From: Deltaproteobacteria bacterium
GTDB lineage: Bacteria > Desulfobacterota > JBBIRW01
Reading direction: 5' to 3'
Assembly: GCA_037441565.1 (NCBI GenBank)
Contig: JBBIRW010000006.1
Location: 71,441-135,440 of the forward strand
Length of the DNA: 64,000 nucleotides
The notes beneath the pieces are model-generated. The model was not told the origin of the DNA and did no database searches. It saw nothing but the letters and a program-made list of their open reading frames with translations. Shown here in pieces: positions 31,779 to 42,515 of this stretch (position 1 is its first letter; each line of letters begins with the position of its first letter). The translations under genes and the position numbers were made by a program.

Positions 31779-32774
31779 ATGTATGAAAGAGAAAGGGCAA
31801 CACTTGAACAGGTATTGAATATCTTGAAAAAGAACAGTGATAAATTTGTCTCAGGGGATTCCCTGAGCAGGGATCTATCCGTCTCCAGGACAGCAATATG
31901 GAAGCATATAAAGCAGCTTAAGAAAATGGGATACGAGATAGATTCAAAACCTGCAAAGGGATACAGATTGTTAAGCATCCCTGATACATTAACACCCCTT
32001 GAGCTGAAATCTCTATTGAAGACATCCCTGATAGGTTCAAGGATCCACTATTTTAGAGAAACAGACTCAACAAATGATGATGCATTCCGGATGGCAAGGA
32101 AAGGTGAAAGGGAAGGTACTGTTGTTATAGCTGAGGCACAGAGAAAAGGGAAGGGAAGGATGGGTAGAAGGTGGGAATCTCCACCAGGTGTGAATCTCTA
32201 CCTTTCCATAATCCTGCGTCCAAAGATCCCTCCATCACTAACCCCACAGATTACGCTAGTTGCTGCTATTTCTGTGCTCAGAGCTGTTCAGAATGTTACA
32301 GGGATGGAGCCAGAAATAAAATGGCCCAACGATCTTCTCATAAGGGGAAAGAAATTCTGCGGTATCCTTACCGAGATCGAGTCGGAAATGGATTTAATAA
32401 ATTTTGTAATCGTGGGAATCGGGGTGAACATTAATATGGACACGAGGGTGCTTCCCGCCGATATAAGACTGCATGCAACTTCACTTATGGAAGAGCTTGG
32501 AAGACCCATTGACAGAGGGTACTTTACATCACAGTTACTCAATGAATTTGAAAATCATTATACGATTTTTGTGGGAGAGGGGATATCCCCGATAATCAAT
32601 GAGATGTATCCCTATTTAAAGATGATGGGTAAGAAGGTAAAGGTTCAGTTTATGGATGAGGTGGTGGAGGGGGTTGCGGAGAGACTTGATCTCGATGGTG
32701 CCCTTTTATTGAAAAAAGAGGATGGATCAATAGAAAAGATACTTGCAGGGGATGTTACAATATTGAAGGAATAA
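31779..32774 (+). CDS. birA: Bifunctional biotin ligase/repressor
   Basis: N-terminal HTH; [26 protein letters not shown]. Confidence 0.95.
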   Translation: MYERERATLEQVLNILKKNSDKFVSGDSLSRDLSVSRTAIWKHIKQLKKMGYEIDSKPAKGYRLLSIPDTLTPLELKSLLKTSLIGSRIHYFRETDSTNDDAFRMARKGEREGTVVIAEAQRKGKGRMGRRWESPPGVNLYLSIILRPKIPPSLTPQITLVAAISVLRAVQNVTGMEPEIKWPNDLLIRGKKFCGILTEIESEMDLINFVIVGIGVNINMDTRVLPADIRLHATSLMEELGRPIDRGYFTSQLLNEFENHYTIFVGEGISPIINEMYPYLKMMGKKVKVQFMDEVVEGVAERLDLDGALLLKKEDGSIEKILAGDVTILKE

Positions 32775-32779
32775 AAAGG

Positions 32780-33553
32780 ATGAAAGTATTGCTTGTTATT
32801 GATGTTGGCAACACAAATATAGTTTTCGGTATATATGAGAGGGATCATCTCATAAAAAGCTGGAGGATATGGACGAGGCGCGATCAAACTCCGGATGAAT
32901 TTGCTATTGTCCTGGCAAACCTGTTTCTGCAGGAGTCACTCGATATGAAGAGTATAAAGGATGTGATTGTATCTTGTGTTGTTCCACCCCTTATTGAAGT
33001 GATAACAGGTTTTGCGAGAAAATATCTTAATCTTGAGCCTCTATTTGTTGGTCCTGGAATAAAAACAGGAATGCCTATTCTTTATGATAATCCAAGGGAT
33101 GTGGGCGCTGATAGGGTTGTAAATGCAGTGGCTGCATATGAGAAATATAAAAGGTCCTGTATAATTGTTGATTTTGGCACAGCAACAACCTTTGACTATG
33201 TATCTGAAAGGGGTGAGTATATTGGGGGTGCTATTGCACCAGGCATTCTCATATCAACAGAAGCACTCTTCCAGAGGGCATCAAAGCTACCGAGGATCGA
33301 GTTGGTAAAACCGAAGACTATAATTGGTAGAAATACGCCCCACAGCATGCAGGCAGGTATAATTTATGGTTATGTTGGTCTTGTTGATGGAATTGTAAAA
33401 AAGATGAAGGAGGAAGCAGGGGGAGATCCAATGGTTGTTGCAACGGGAGGTCTTGCAAAAATAATTGCATCAGAATCAGAGACGATAAAGGATGTAGATG
33501 AAAATTTGACTCTTGAGGGATTAAAAATAATATACTACAGGAATAGAGGATGA
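32780..33553 (+). CDS. coaX: Type III pantothenate kinase
   Basis: [23 protein letters not shown]. Confidence 0.93.
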   Translation: MKVLLVIDVGNTNIVFGIYERDHLIKSWRIWTRRDQTPDEFAIVLANLFLQESLDMKSIKDVIVSCVVPPLIEVITGFARKYLNLEPLFVGPGIKTGMPILYDNPRDVGADRVVNAVAAYEKYKRSCIIVDFGTATTFDYVSERGEYIGGAIAPGILISTEALFQRASKLPRIELVKPKTIIGRNTPHSMQAGIIYGYVGLVDGIVKKMKEEAGGDPMVVATGGLAKIIASESETIKDVDENLTLEGLKIIYYRNRG

Positions 33554-33578
33554 TAAAAATATTGAATGGAGGAGAAGG

Positions 33579-35666
33579 ATGGGGAAATATCCGGTCGAAA
33601 GAATAAGAACAATTGTTCTCCTCGGTCATGGAGGTTCGGGTAAAACATCCCTTGCTGATGCAATGATTTATAATGCTGGTGCATCAGATAGACTGGGAAG
33701 GGTTGATGATGGTACCTCTATTATGGATTTTGAGCCTGAGGAGATAAGGCGGAAGATAACAATATCCGCTTCATTCCACGATTTTGAGTGGAATAAACAT
33801 CTGATACATATAATTGATACACCTGGTTATCCAAATTTCGAAACGGAGACAAAAACAGTGATGAGGGCAGCGGATGGTGCTGTGCTTATGGTAAGTGCCA
33901 TATCAGGTATAAAGATTCAAACGATTAAACTCTGGGATTATGCAAAAAGGCTTAATCTTCCTGGTATTGCATTTGTGGGGAAGATGGATAAGGAAAGGGC
34001 GGATTTTTATAAATCGATAGAGGAGATAGAAACACAGCTCGGGATAAAGCCGGTCTGTATACATATACCCATAGGTAAGGAAGCGGATTTCAGGGGGTTT
34101 ATAGATCTTATTTCAATGAAAGCATTCTATTTTGAAGAAGACCTGAAGGGGAATATGAAGGAGGGAGAGATTCCTTCAGAATTGATAGACAGGGTGGAGG
34201 AGTTCAGGAAGATCCTCCATGAGAATGTTGCAGAGCTTGATGACAGGCTCCTTGAGACATATCTTGATAAAGGCGAACTTGATGATAAAGATTTAAAGGA
34301 GGGACTGAGGAGTGGAACAATTGCGGGAAGGCTTATGCCTGTCCTTGTAGGATCACCAGTGAAAAATTTTGGCGTAAAAACAGTGATGGATGCAATTGTT
34401 GAACTTCTTCCATCGCCATCCGAGAGGGGTTATTTAAGACTCACATCGGCTGTCTCAGGTGAGAAGGTTGAGAGAAAGCCGTCAGAAAAGGAGCCATTTT
34501 GCGCCTTTGTAGTTAAGACCATTGCTGATCCCTTTGCAGGGAAGCTTTCCATATTTCGAGTATTTTCAGGTGTGATTCAATCGGACAGCACTGTCTTTAA
34601 TCCAGGAAAACAGGTAAAGGAGAGGATAGGCCAGGTATTTAAAATGGAAGGGAAAAGGCAGGTTCAGGTGGACTCACTTGGTCCCGGGGAGATAGGAGCA
34701 GTTGCAAAGCTAAAAGATACATCAACAGGTGATACATTATGTGATGAGAAATCTCAGGTGATTTTTGAGGGACTGGATGTTCAGAGTCCTGTAATTTCTT
34801 ATGCAATCCAGCCACGGGCAAAAGGTGACGAAGAGAAAATAGTTGCATCCCTGAACAGACTTACAGAAGAGGATCCAAGCATAAAGGTTTTCAGGGAACC
34901 ACAGACAAAAGAGGTTATACTCTCAGGTATGGGACAGGTTCATCTTGAGGTTATAGTGGAGAAATTGAAGAGAAAATTTGGTGTTGAAGTTGATCTTAAG
35001 ACACCAAAGGTTCCCTATAAGGAGACTATTAAAGGCATTGCCCAGGTTCAGGGGAAATATAAGAGGCAATCAGGTGGCAGAGGACAGTATGGTGATGTAT
35101 GGATAAAGATGGAGCCGCTCCCAAGGGGGGAGGGGTTTAAGTTTGTTGATGCCATTGTGGGTGGTGCAATCCCCAAAAACTACATTCCCGCTGTTGAAAA
35201 GGGTATAGTAGAGGCAATGCAAGAGGGTGTGCTTGCAGGGTATCCTGTTGTGGATTTTAAGGTGACCCTGTATGATGGCTCATACCATATTGTTGACTCA
35301 TCAGATCTTGCATTTAAAATAGCAGCCTCAATGGCCTTTAAAAAGGGGATGATGGAGGCAAAACCCGTGCTTCTTGAGCCCATCATGAGCTTAGAAATAG
35401 TTGTTCCTGATGAATGTGTAGGAGATATCATTGGGGATCTCAATGCAAGAAGGGGGAAGGTTATCGGTGTTGAGGCCCAGGGAGGAAGCCAGATAATTAA
35501 GGCACTTGTTCCCATGGCGGAGATCCTGAAGTACGACTCAGATCTCACCTCATTAACAAGCGGAAGGGGTTCATTCAGTGTGGAATTTTCCCACTATGAG
35601 GAGGTTCCATCCCATATTGCTGAAAGGATCATATCGGAGGCAAAAAAGGAAAAGGAGAAGGAGTGA
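33579..35666 (+). CDS. fusA: Elongation factor G paralog (EF-G2)
   Basis: GHGGSGKT, DTPGY, GMGQVHLE, QSGGRGQYG, DGSYHIVDSS; not in the rpsL-rpsG operon. Confidence 0.9.
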   Translation: MGKYPVERIRTIVLLGHGGSGKTSLADAMIYNAGASDRLGRVDDGTSIMDFEPEEIRRKITISASFHDFEWNKHLIHIIDTPGYPNFETETKTVMRAADGAVLMVSAISGIKIQTIKLWDYAKRLNLPGIAFVGKMDKERADFYKSIEEIETQLGIKPVCIHIPIGKEADFRGFIDLISMKAFYFEEDLKGNMKEGEIPSELIDRVEEFRKILHENVAELDDRLLETYLDKGELDDKDLKEGLRSGTIAGRLMPVLVGSPVKNFGVKTVMDAIVELLPSPSERGYLRLTSAVSGEKVERKPSEKEPFCAFVVKTIADPFAGKLSIFRVFSGVIQSDSTVFNPGKQVKERIGQVFKMEGKRQVQVDSLGPGEIGAVAKLKDTSTGDTLCDEKSQVIFEGLDVQSPVISYAIQPRAKGDEEKIVASLNRLTEEDPSIKVFREPQTKEVILSGMGQVHLEVIVEKLKRKFGVEVDLKTPKVPYKETIKGIAQVQGKYKRQSGGRGQYGDVWIKMEPLPRGEGFKFVDAIVGGAIPKNYIPAVEKGIVEAMQEGVLAGYPVVDFKVTLYDGSYHIVDSSDLAFKIAASMAFKKGMMEAKPVLLEPIMSLEIVVPDECVGDIIGDLNARRGKVIGVEAQGGSQIIKALVPMAEILKYDSDLTSLTSGRGSFSVEFSHYEEVPSHIAERIISEAKKEKEKE

Positions 35667-35677
35667 GGGTAATCTGA

Positions 35678-36175
35678 ATGGACGAAGAGATAAAGATACC
35701 TCCAGAGGATATAGAAAAGGAACTAATCGAGGAAAAGAAGGAATATACAGCCGATGAGAAGAAAACGATACTGCAAAAGATCCAGGGTATGAGTGTTCCT
35801 GAGAGGGTAAGGCTTGCACTGTGGGGAAACAGGGAGGTTAGAGGGATTCTGATAAGGGATCCGAATAAGGCGGTAAGGAATGCAGTTTTAAGTAGCCCAC
35901 GAATCACTGATAGTGAAATAATTCAGATTGCAAACTCAAGGAATACGGATGAGGATGTGTTGCGTCAGATCCCAAAAAATAGGAACTGGATGAGGAATTA
36001 CGGTGTTATTATGGCACTTGTAACAAATCCAAAAACCCCACTTTCAATCTCGACAGGCCTTCTATCTAAACTCAGGGAAAAGGACCTCGCATTCATTTCA
36101 AAGAGCAAGAATGTCCCAACCGCACTTCAAAGGGAGGCAAGGAGGCTTTACCTTATAAAGCTGGAGAGGCACTGA
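35678..36175 (+). CDS. Hypothetical helical protein
   Basis: Clear ORF with RBS between fusA and the GTPase; LVTNPKTP motif. Confidence 0.7.
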   Translation: MDEEIKIPPEDIEKELIEEKKEYTADEKKTILQKIQGMSVPERVRLALWGNREVRGILIRDPNKAVRNAVLSSPRITDSEIIQIANSRNTDEDVLRQIPKNRNWMRNYGVIMALVTNPKTPLSISTGLLSKLREKDLAFISKSKNVPTALQREARRLYLIKLERH

Positions 36176-36176
36176 A

Positions 36177-37133
36177 ATGCCGATAATCAACTATGCAAAA
36201 AGGGAGATCAATGCAAAGATTGTATATTATGGACCGGCCCTTTCAGGTAAGACCACCAATCTTGAATTCATTCACAGGGTATTGAAATCGGAACAGAAGG
36301 GAAAGTTGATATCACTTGCAACAGAGGGTGATAGAACGCTCTTTTTTGATTTTCTGCCTGTTGATATAGGAGATATATATGGTGTAAGAGTAAGATTTCA
36401 TCTTTATACAGTTCCGGGACAGATTTTTTACAATGAGACAAGGAAAATGGTTCTCAAAGGTGTTGATGGGATTGTTTTTGTTGCTGACTCGCAGAAAAGT
36501 ATGCTCGAACAAAATATAGAGAGTTTGGAGAATCTCCAGGATAATCTTGTTTCATTAGGAAGAGAACTGAGAACTATACCCCTTGTGTTTCAATATAATA
36601 AAAGGGATCTGGAGGATCTATGCACCATCGATGAGCTTAATTTAAAGCTTAATACATTTAACGCGGATTGGTTCGAGGGTATAGCCATAAGAGGAACAGG
36701 TGTACTGGAAACACTTTCTGCTATAACAGGGCAGGTCTACGAGAGTTTGAAGGAGCTTTCGGTATTCAGGCCGCAAAGAGAAAAGAGGATAAGATTGAGG
36801 GTGATTCCTGGAGAAGGGGAGGTCAGGAAGGTTGGGATAGGCGAGGAAGAGGATCTTGAATTTATCCCTTCCGAGGAACTCATACCTATTGAGGAGGCAT
36901 CTGATATCCTCTCCGGCATAGGCAATATTAATGTTGCTCCACAACAGTGGGAAGAAGTTGTCCCGATTAAGGAAGCATCAGAAGAACCAGCTCAGCCTGC
37001 CTTTGAAGGTGTGAGGTTTGGAACACCTGAGTATGAGGGAACAACAGACATGATAATACCGCTTACCATTATATTTTCAGATAAGAAGGCTCTTTCCATT
37101 AAATTAAAAATTTCCATAGAGAAGAAGGAATAA
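36177..37133 (+). CDS. MglA-like small GTPase with acidic C-terminal extension
   Basis: KIVYYGPALSGKTTN, RTLFFDF, YTVPGQ, QYNKRD. Confidence 0.88.
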   Translation: MPIINYAKREINAKIVYYGPALSGKTTNLEFIHRVLKSEQKGKLISLATEGDRTLFFDFLPVDIGDIYGVRVRFHLYTVPGQIFYNETRKMVLKGVDGIVFVADSQKSMLEQNIESLENLQDNLVSLGRELRTIPLVFQYNKRDLEDLCTIDELNLKLNTFNADWFEGIAIRGTGVLETLSAITGQVYESLKELSVFRPQREKRIRLRVIPGEGEVRKVGIGEEEDLEFIPSEELIPIEEASDILSGIGNINVAPQQWEEVVPIKEASEEPAQPAFEGVRFGTPEYEGTTDMIIPLTIIFSDKKALSIKLKISIEKKE

Positions 37134-37134
37134 T

Positions 37135-38925
37135 ATGGAGGATTATTTTCAACGGATCCTTGAATACTCAATCAGTATTTTTGATGCCGACGGCGGTGTG
37201 CTAAGGGATGTTAAAAAGGAATATGGATGGATGGATGTCTTAGTCCACAAAGGGCTTGACAGTGATGTGATGCCTTCAAAAATAGGGATTGGTGAAGGGA
37301 TCGCAGGGAGAGTAGCAAGGGATGGATATCCTGTAAGGCTTTCCGGAAAAGCAGTGGAAGGCTTGCAGGAGGAGAGCAGGTATCAGCACCTTCTCATATT
37401 TCCTGTGCCACATGATGGAGATATCCGCTTTGTTATAACACTTTTTAGAAAGGGTAATAAAGGGTTTGATGAAAATGCCCTTCTTCTTGCATCATCAATC
37501 TCCGGAATATTTTCAATGCTGATTGAGGCCATGGAGAAGATCGGGGTCTTAAAGGATGAAATTACAATGGGAAAGGTGCTTAATGGAATATATACTTCAT
37601 TTATTTCTCAAAGAAGAATAGATGAAAGGATCAAAGCTGTTGTTATTCAAGTCTCCTCACTATTTAATGATTCATATACGGAGTTTTATATCTTCGAAAA
37701 TGATGAGCCAGTTTTGATTGCAAGCAGTACAAGCTCCCCTCGGAGGGAGGAGGGGATACATGGATTTGTCAGAAATATATTTCGTGAAAAGAGGGAGATG
37801 TTCCTGAAGGATGAGGTCACAGACAGGGGGATTCTTTTTAAAAAATTCGGTATCCTCGGAAAAGATGGATTCATTGTTATTTATGGAAAGACAGTTGATA
37901 TTGAGGCCAGGATACGATATCTGCAGGTGATTCCCGAGATTATAAACAAACTTTCATCTGAAGAGGAGGAGAAAGCAGGGAAATTTGCGATAGAATCTGA
38001 ATATATAATAAAAGAGGGTCTCGGGATGCTTTCCCTGAGAGAACCGGAAGCAATATGGAAGAAATTTGGCGCCCTATCAATGGAACTCTGTAGCTCCGGC
38101 ATAACAATTATAAGGGTTTTTAATGAGGAGAAGAATACATTTGATCTCCTTCAAATAAATGGAATCTTTGATGATGATTTGAGCAAAAGGGTCATCGAAA
38201 TAGAGGAAAGGTATTTTAGAAGTGCGATTGATAGAGGTATGCCTGTTTTTATGAAGGAACTCCCTGATGATAAGGAGATCTCTGTTAAGTCTATAATGGT
38301 ATTCCCTATAAAAGTAAAGGATCGTATTTTTGGAGCACTATCAGCTATAAACCGTATTTCCTTGGATAGTATAATTCCGAAGTCCTTTTCAGAGGATGAT
38401 TTTAAGCGAATATGCATCCTTTCAGAATATGTCTCGAAGGCATTTGAGGTATCAATGGAGATAAAGAGGCTTAAGGAATTTGTGATGATAGATGAGAGGA
38501 CAGGTCTTCCAAACAGGAGATTTTTCGAGGCAAGGGCAATTGAGGAGATTAACAGATGTGTGAGGTTTTTCAGAAGGATTACCATGATACTGGTGGATGT
38601 GGAAATTGATGAAAGGGATAAAAGATTATATGAGATTGTGAAGATCATGGGTCAGGATTTGCGTAAATCTATAAGGAGTTATGATGTAATTTCAAGCATG
38701 GATGAGGGGAAGATAGCATTTCTCATACTGGAACCACTTGATGGTGAAATGGTTATAATTGAGAGACTGCGTGATATGATGAGAAAGAAAGGGTGGGAGT
38801 ATCTGGGGAAGGAGAAGCGGTTTCTTATTAGGATGGGATGGGCATCCTTTCCAAGAGATGGAAGTTCATTGGAGCATCTCATAAATAGTGCATGCGTGAG
38901 AATCCAGGAATTCAGCATCAACTGA
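37135..38925 (+). CDS. Multi-GAF protein with degenerate GGDEF domain
   Basis: GEGIAGRVA GAF; DERTGLPNRRFF; active-site position reads MDEGK. Confidence 0.75.
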   Translation: MEDYFQRILEYSISIFDADGGVLRDVKKEYGWMDVLVHKGLDSDVMPSKIGIGEGIAGRVARDGYPVRLSGKAVEGLQEESRYQHLLIFPVPHDGDIRFVITLFRKGNKGFDENALLLASSISGIFSMLIEAMEKIGVLKDEITMGKVLNGIYTSFISQRRIDERIKAVVIQVSSLFNDSYTEFYIFENDEPVLIASSTSSPRREEGIHGFVRNIFREKREMFLKDEVTDRGILFKKFGILGKDGFIVIYGKTVDIEARIRYLQVIPEIINKLSSEEEEKAGKFAIESEYIIKEGLGMLSLREPEAIWKKFGALSMELCSSGITIIRVFNEEKNTFDLLQINGIFDDDLSKRVIEIEERYFRSAIDRGMPVFMKELPDDKEISVKSIMVFPIKVKDRIFGALSAINRISLDSIIPKSFSEDDFKRICILSEYVSKAFEVSMEIKRLKEFVMIDERTGLPNRRFFEARAIEEINRCVRFFRRITMILVDVEIDERDKRLYEIVKIMGQDLRKSIRSYDVISSMDEGKIAFLILEPLDGEMVIIERLRDMMRKKGWEYLGKEKRFLIRMGWASFPRDGSSLEHLINSACVRIQEFSIN

Positions 38926-39020
38926 TTGGATGAGTAAAATCATATATTTGAAAATATATTGAAAATTTATTATATAGGCATATAATGCATAATTAGTTTT
39001 AAAGAAAGGAGGTGATGGGG

Positions 39021-39221
39021 ATGAAAAGGTTGTTGGCTCTAATTCTGACATTCATACTTGCAGTTTCTGTGGTGACAGTTGGGTGTGCAAAGAAGGAAGA
39101 GCCAAAGAAGCCAGAGGTAACAGCACCAGCACAGCCACCTGCGCAGCAACCTGCACCTCCAGCCGAGCAGAAGCCTGCTGAAGCGCCAAAGGCCCCTGAA
39201 AGACCAGCTGAAAAGAAATAA
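39021..39221 (+). CDS. Small Pro/Ala/Glu/Lys-rich lipoprotein
   Basis: MKRLL...TVGC lipobox; AAGGAGGTG RBS; start may be 39015. Confidence 0.75.
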   Translation: MKRLLALILTFILAVSVVTVGCAKKEEPKKPEVTAPAQPPAQQPAPPAEQKPAEAPKAPERPAEKK

Positions 39222-39243
39222 AAAGGTAAAGATAGAGGGGCAA

Positions 39244-40446
39244 TCATCTATCCATTAAGAGGGGGAGCATATCTTTCTCCCCCTTATCCATTTTTATCCA
39301 CTCAATGAGGATTGATGCGATTTCCATCCGTGTAATCTCTTGAGGGGGGAATATACCCTGCTTGAGCATATCCCTCAATCTTGTTCCACTGAGCATAATA
39401 TGATCCTCATCCGTATGGGGGCAGGTTTTGGGCGATGCCATATTTCCACAGACCTTGCAAAAGAAGGTATTGTCAAAAAAGAGTGGAGTGATGCCAAGTT
39501 CCTCAGGGGAGAATTCCGAAAATATATGCTGTGCATCAAAGGGGCCATAGTAGTTACCAACACCTGCATGGTCCCTCCCCACTATAAAGTGGGTGCATCC
39601 GTAGTTTTTCCTTACAATGGCATGGAATATGGCTTCCCTCGGCCCTGCATATCTCATATAGGCAGGATTCACAGCAAGAATGACCCTTTCGGTGGGGAAA
39701 TAGTTTTTTATGAGGATCTCGTAGCATTTCATCCTTATTTCAGCAGGGATATCGTCCTTTTTTGTTTCCCCTATTATGGGATGAATGAAAAGCCCATCCA
39801 CAATTTCAAGGGCGCATTTCTGAATATATTCATGAGCCCTGTGGATGGGGTTTCTCGTTTGAAACCCCACAATGGTCTTCCAACCCTTTTCTGAGAAGAT
39901 CCTTCTTGTCTCTCCCGGATCAAGCCAGTATTCCTGAAATGCCATCCATTTACCCCTATTTACGAGTGTTATTTTTCCGCCGAGATAAACATCCGGCGAT
40001 TTTTTTAGGCGGTAGACCCCTGGATGCCTGTCATCGGTTGTTCCATATACCAGTATTGCCTCCTTCTCCTTATCAAAAGTAAATCTCTCCTCAAGTTCAA
40101 GAACAGCTACAAGCTCCTTTTCTTCACTATAAAGGGGCACAATACTTCCTTCCCTCAGCTGATCAGCGATTTGCCTGTTGCACGGAAGGGTAATGGGTAT
40201 GGTCCATGGAAGTCCATCAGGGAGGCGCTTTTCATAGAGAACTGACATATATTGCTTTGAATTCATAAATCCTTCAAGAGGGCTTAAGGCACCATTTGCT
40301 ATCATTTCGAGATCACTCATGGTTCTGTTGTCAACAGTCAGACCTTTTGTATCTTTCACGCTTTCTAAGATTTTATCAACATCCGATGGTTTCGCCTTTC
40401 TACTGATAAGTCTTCCCCCATGGGGTTGTATCGATCGGTTCATCAT
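39244..40446 (-). CDS. sat: Sulfate adenylyltransferase (homo-oligomeric type, no APS-kinase domain)
   Basis: PHGG, SPLEGFM, QTRNPIHRAHEY, RYAGPREA, GRDHAG. Confidence 0.95.
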   Translation of the reverse strand: MMNRSIQPHGGRLISRKAKPSDVDKILESVKDTKGLTVDNRTMSDLEMIANGALSPLEGFMNSKQYMSVLYEKRLPDGLPWTIPITLPCNRQIADQLREGSIVPLYSEEKELVAVLELEERFTFDKEKEAILVYGTTDDRHPGVYRLKKSPDVYLGGKITLVNRGKWMAFQEYWLDPGETRRIFSEKGWKTIVGFQTRNPIHRAHEYIQKCALEIVDGLFIHPIIGETKKDDIPAEIRMKCYEILIKNYFPTERVILAVNPAYMRYAGPREAIFHAIVRKNYGCTHFIVGRDHAGVGNYYGPFDAQHIFSEFSPEELGITPLFFDNTFFCKVCGNMASPKTCPHTDEDHIMLSGTRLRDMLKQGIFPPQEITRMEIASILIEWIKMDKGEKDMLPLLMDR

Positions 40447-40763
40447 CCTACTTCCACCTCCTCCAGAATTTTTATGATGAATTCTTCGACAATTCCGCTG
40501 CTATCTTTCAGCGACCATTTTATGTAGTTTCCCTGTATAGATGGAATCAGCGTTGCTCCCCTGTCGGCAAGCTGAAAGGACAGGACTGATATGATTGCAC
40601 CTGATGGACATTCCTTCACGCAGGACATACAATCCCAGCAGTCCCTCTCGGATCTGAGGTACGACTTGTTTCTTTTTTCATCAAAGGCCATAAGATCGCC
40701 GGGGCATATCTCAACACATGATTTGCACCCCTTGCACTTCTCTTCTATCACCCTGACTGCCAT
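40443..40763 (-). CDS. aprB: Short AprB-like 2x[4Fe-4S] subunit
   Basis: CKGCKSCVEICP, CWDCMSCVKECP; lies between aprA and sat. Confidence 0.85.
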   Translation of the reverse strand: MAVRVIEEKCKGCKSCVEICPGDLMAFDEKRNKSYLRSERDCWDCMSCVKECPSGAIISVLSFQLADRGATLIPSIQGNYIKWSLKDSSGIVEEFIIKILEEVEVG

Positions 40764-40776
40764 CGTGAGTTCCTCC

Positions 40777-42501
40777 TTATTTTGGTAGATATCTGTCTCC
40801 AGGAACTATCTGTTCATATTTTCTTTCGATAATCTTGATTTCACCTGATTCTCTGTCCCTGACACTGTTTACAAACTTGAGCCAGTTGAAATCATCCCTT
40901 TCTGGATAATCAAGTCTTGTTTGAAATCCTGGCCATCTTGTTTCTTTTCTGTAAAGAAGGTGTTCAACAAGTACTTCAGCAACATCGATCCTATCTATAA
41001 CTTCATGGGCATGCATCAACTCGTGGTAATCCCTTGCAACAAGGAAATAAATCTGTCCTCTCATTCTTCTTAAATGTTTCCTTGCATAGAGAAGGCGTTC
41101 TTCATTAAGTTCATAAAATACATGGACACCTCCGGCATATTCATCCATGATCTTCTGAAGTCTCTCTTCCATTTGCTCGGGAAAAACACCATCTCTTAGT
41201 TTTTCATACCTGTGAATGGGTGCAAAAACCCTTTGTTCTTCCTGTGATATCTGTTCTTCATCAATGATTCCGAAGGATGAGGAGTATGCATATTTACCTG
41301 CTGACCTTGCTGCAATGATACCCTCTGCCCAGCATCCACTTATGAACTTATAGGGAGCACCACCTGCAACATCACCTGCAGCCCAGAGACCTTCGAGCGT
41401 TGTTTCTCTCTGTGTTGTTATCCAGTATCCTGACTGGCAGTGACCCCCAACTATGTATGGTTCTGTGCCGCATATTTCAACGGGTTCTTCAGAGGGATCA
41501 AATCGATTTGAAGCCCAGTAAAGCACAAGATCGGGATACATATTGAGATAAGATGCCTTCAGATCACGAACCTTTTCAGTAGGTATACCCCTTGTATCCA
41601 TGAAGCACGGTCCTCTGCCCTCCTTTATTTCCTGAACAGGACCATATACCCTTATACATGTTGGAGCACCATCTCCTCCGAGATGGGCGTACTTTTTTGC
41701 CATGAATCTTTCTCCCTTTGCATTCACCTGTGGTGCGCCGAAGCCAAGTGCAAGTGTTCCTGTTGGGGCAATGAGATCCTTGACCCTTAAGGCAATGAAA
41801 CGCATTTCGAAGGATGTCATTTCCGCACCGGCTCTTATACCCATTGCATAACCTGACCCCGTGTTAAAAGGGCTATACCACATTTTGTGATGGCATGTTC
41901 CATCATTATTCGGTCTGTATATTCCAGCAGCACCACCTGTTGCAATTATTGTTGCCTTTGATCTTATCACATAGAATTTTCCATCCCTCACACCAAAACC
42001 CATAACACCAATTACCCTGTTTCCGTGGAGAATAAAGTTTGTTACATTTATTCTATTAAGCACTGTTGTGCCTGATCTTATTGCTGCACGCGCTATTATC
42101 GGTTTAATATGCTCTCCCTCTATCTCAACATTCCATCTCCCCCTCCTCATGTATCTCCCATTCTTATCCTTTTTGATGGGGAGGCCCCATTTTTCGACTC
42201 TGTGAACAGCGTTGTTTATTTCCTCTGCCATTGAAAGGATAAGATCTTCCCTCACAAGCCCCATCGCGTCGAATCGAACATATTTCAGGAAGCTTTCAGG
42301 TGTTTCTCCAGGATGGAGATAAACATTTATTGCATTCATCCCGGCTGCAAGGCATCCGCTTCTCTTTATATGAGCCTTCTCAATTATCATGACCCTGAGA
42401 TCGGGATATCTCGTTTTAGCCTCAACAGCTGCCATACAACCTGCAGTTCCACCTCCGATTATTAAAATATCTGTTTCGAGGTATTCTCTTCTTAATTTCA
42501 T
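40777..42501 (-). CDS. aprA: Adenylylsulfate reductase alpha subunit-like flavoprotein
   Basis: IIGGGTAGC, RSGCLAAG, ATGGAAG, YLNMYP, KFISG, RLQKIMDEYAGG, RKETRWPG. Confidence 0.88.
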   Translation of the reverse strand: MKLRREYLETDILIIGGGTAGCMAAVEAKTRYPDLRVMIIEKAHIKRSGCLAAGMNAINVYLHPGETPESFLKYVRFDAMGLVREDLILSMAEEINNAVHRVEKWGLPIKKDKNGRYMRRGRWNVEIEGEHIKPIIARAAIRSGTTVLNRINVTNFILHGNRVIGVMGFGVRDGKFYVIRSKATIIATGGAAGIYRPNNDGTCHHKMWYSPFNTGSGYAMGIRAGAEMTSFEMRFIALRVKDLIAPTGTLALGFGAPQVNAKGERFMAKKYAHLGGDGAPTCIRVYGPVQEIKEGRGPCFMDTRGIPTEKVRDLKASYLNMYPDLVLYWASNRFDPSEEPVEICGTEPYIVGGHCQSGYWITTQRETTLEGLWAAGDVAGGAPYKFISGCWAEGIIAARSAGKYAYSSSFGIIDEEQISQEEQRVFAPIHRYEKLRDGVFPEQMEERLQKIMDEYAGGVHVFYELNEERLLYARKHLRRMRGQIYFLVARDYHELMHAHEVIDRIDVAEVLVEHLLYRKETRWPGFQTRLDYPERDDFNWLKFVNSVRDRESGEIKIIERKYEQIVPGDRYLPK

Positions 42502-42515
42502 CTAACCCTCCGTGA

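Noticed and set aside
38976-38991. Sigma-54-like site before the small lipoprotein (AGGCATATAATGCA)
   Set aside because: GG to GC spacing is 8 rather than the required 10.
39244-42501. Evidence of dissimilatory sulfate reduction
   Set aside because: No qmo or dsrABC genes in the window, short AprB and a biosynthetic neighbourhood; it cannot be excluded genome-wide.
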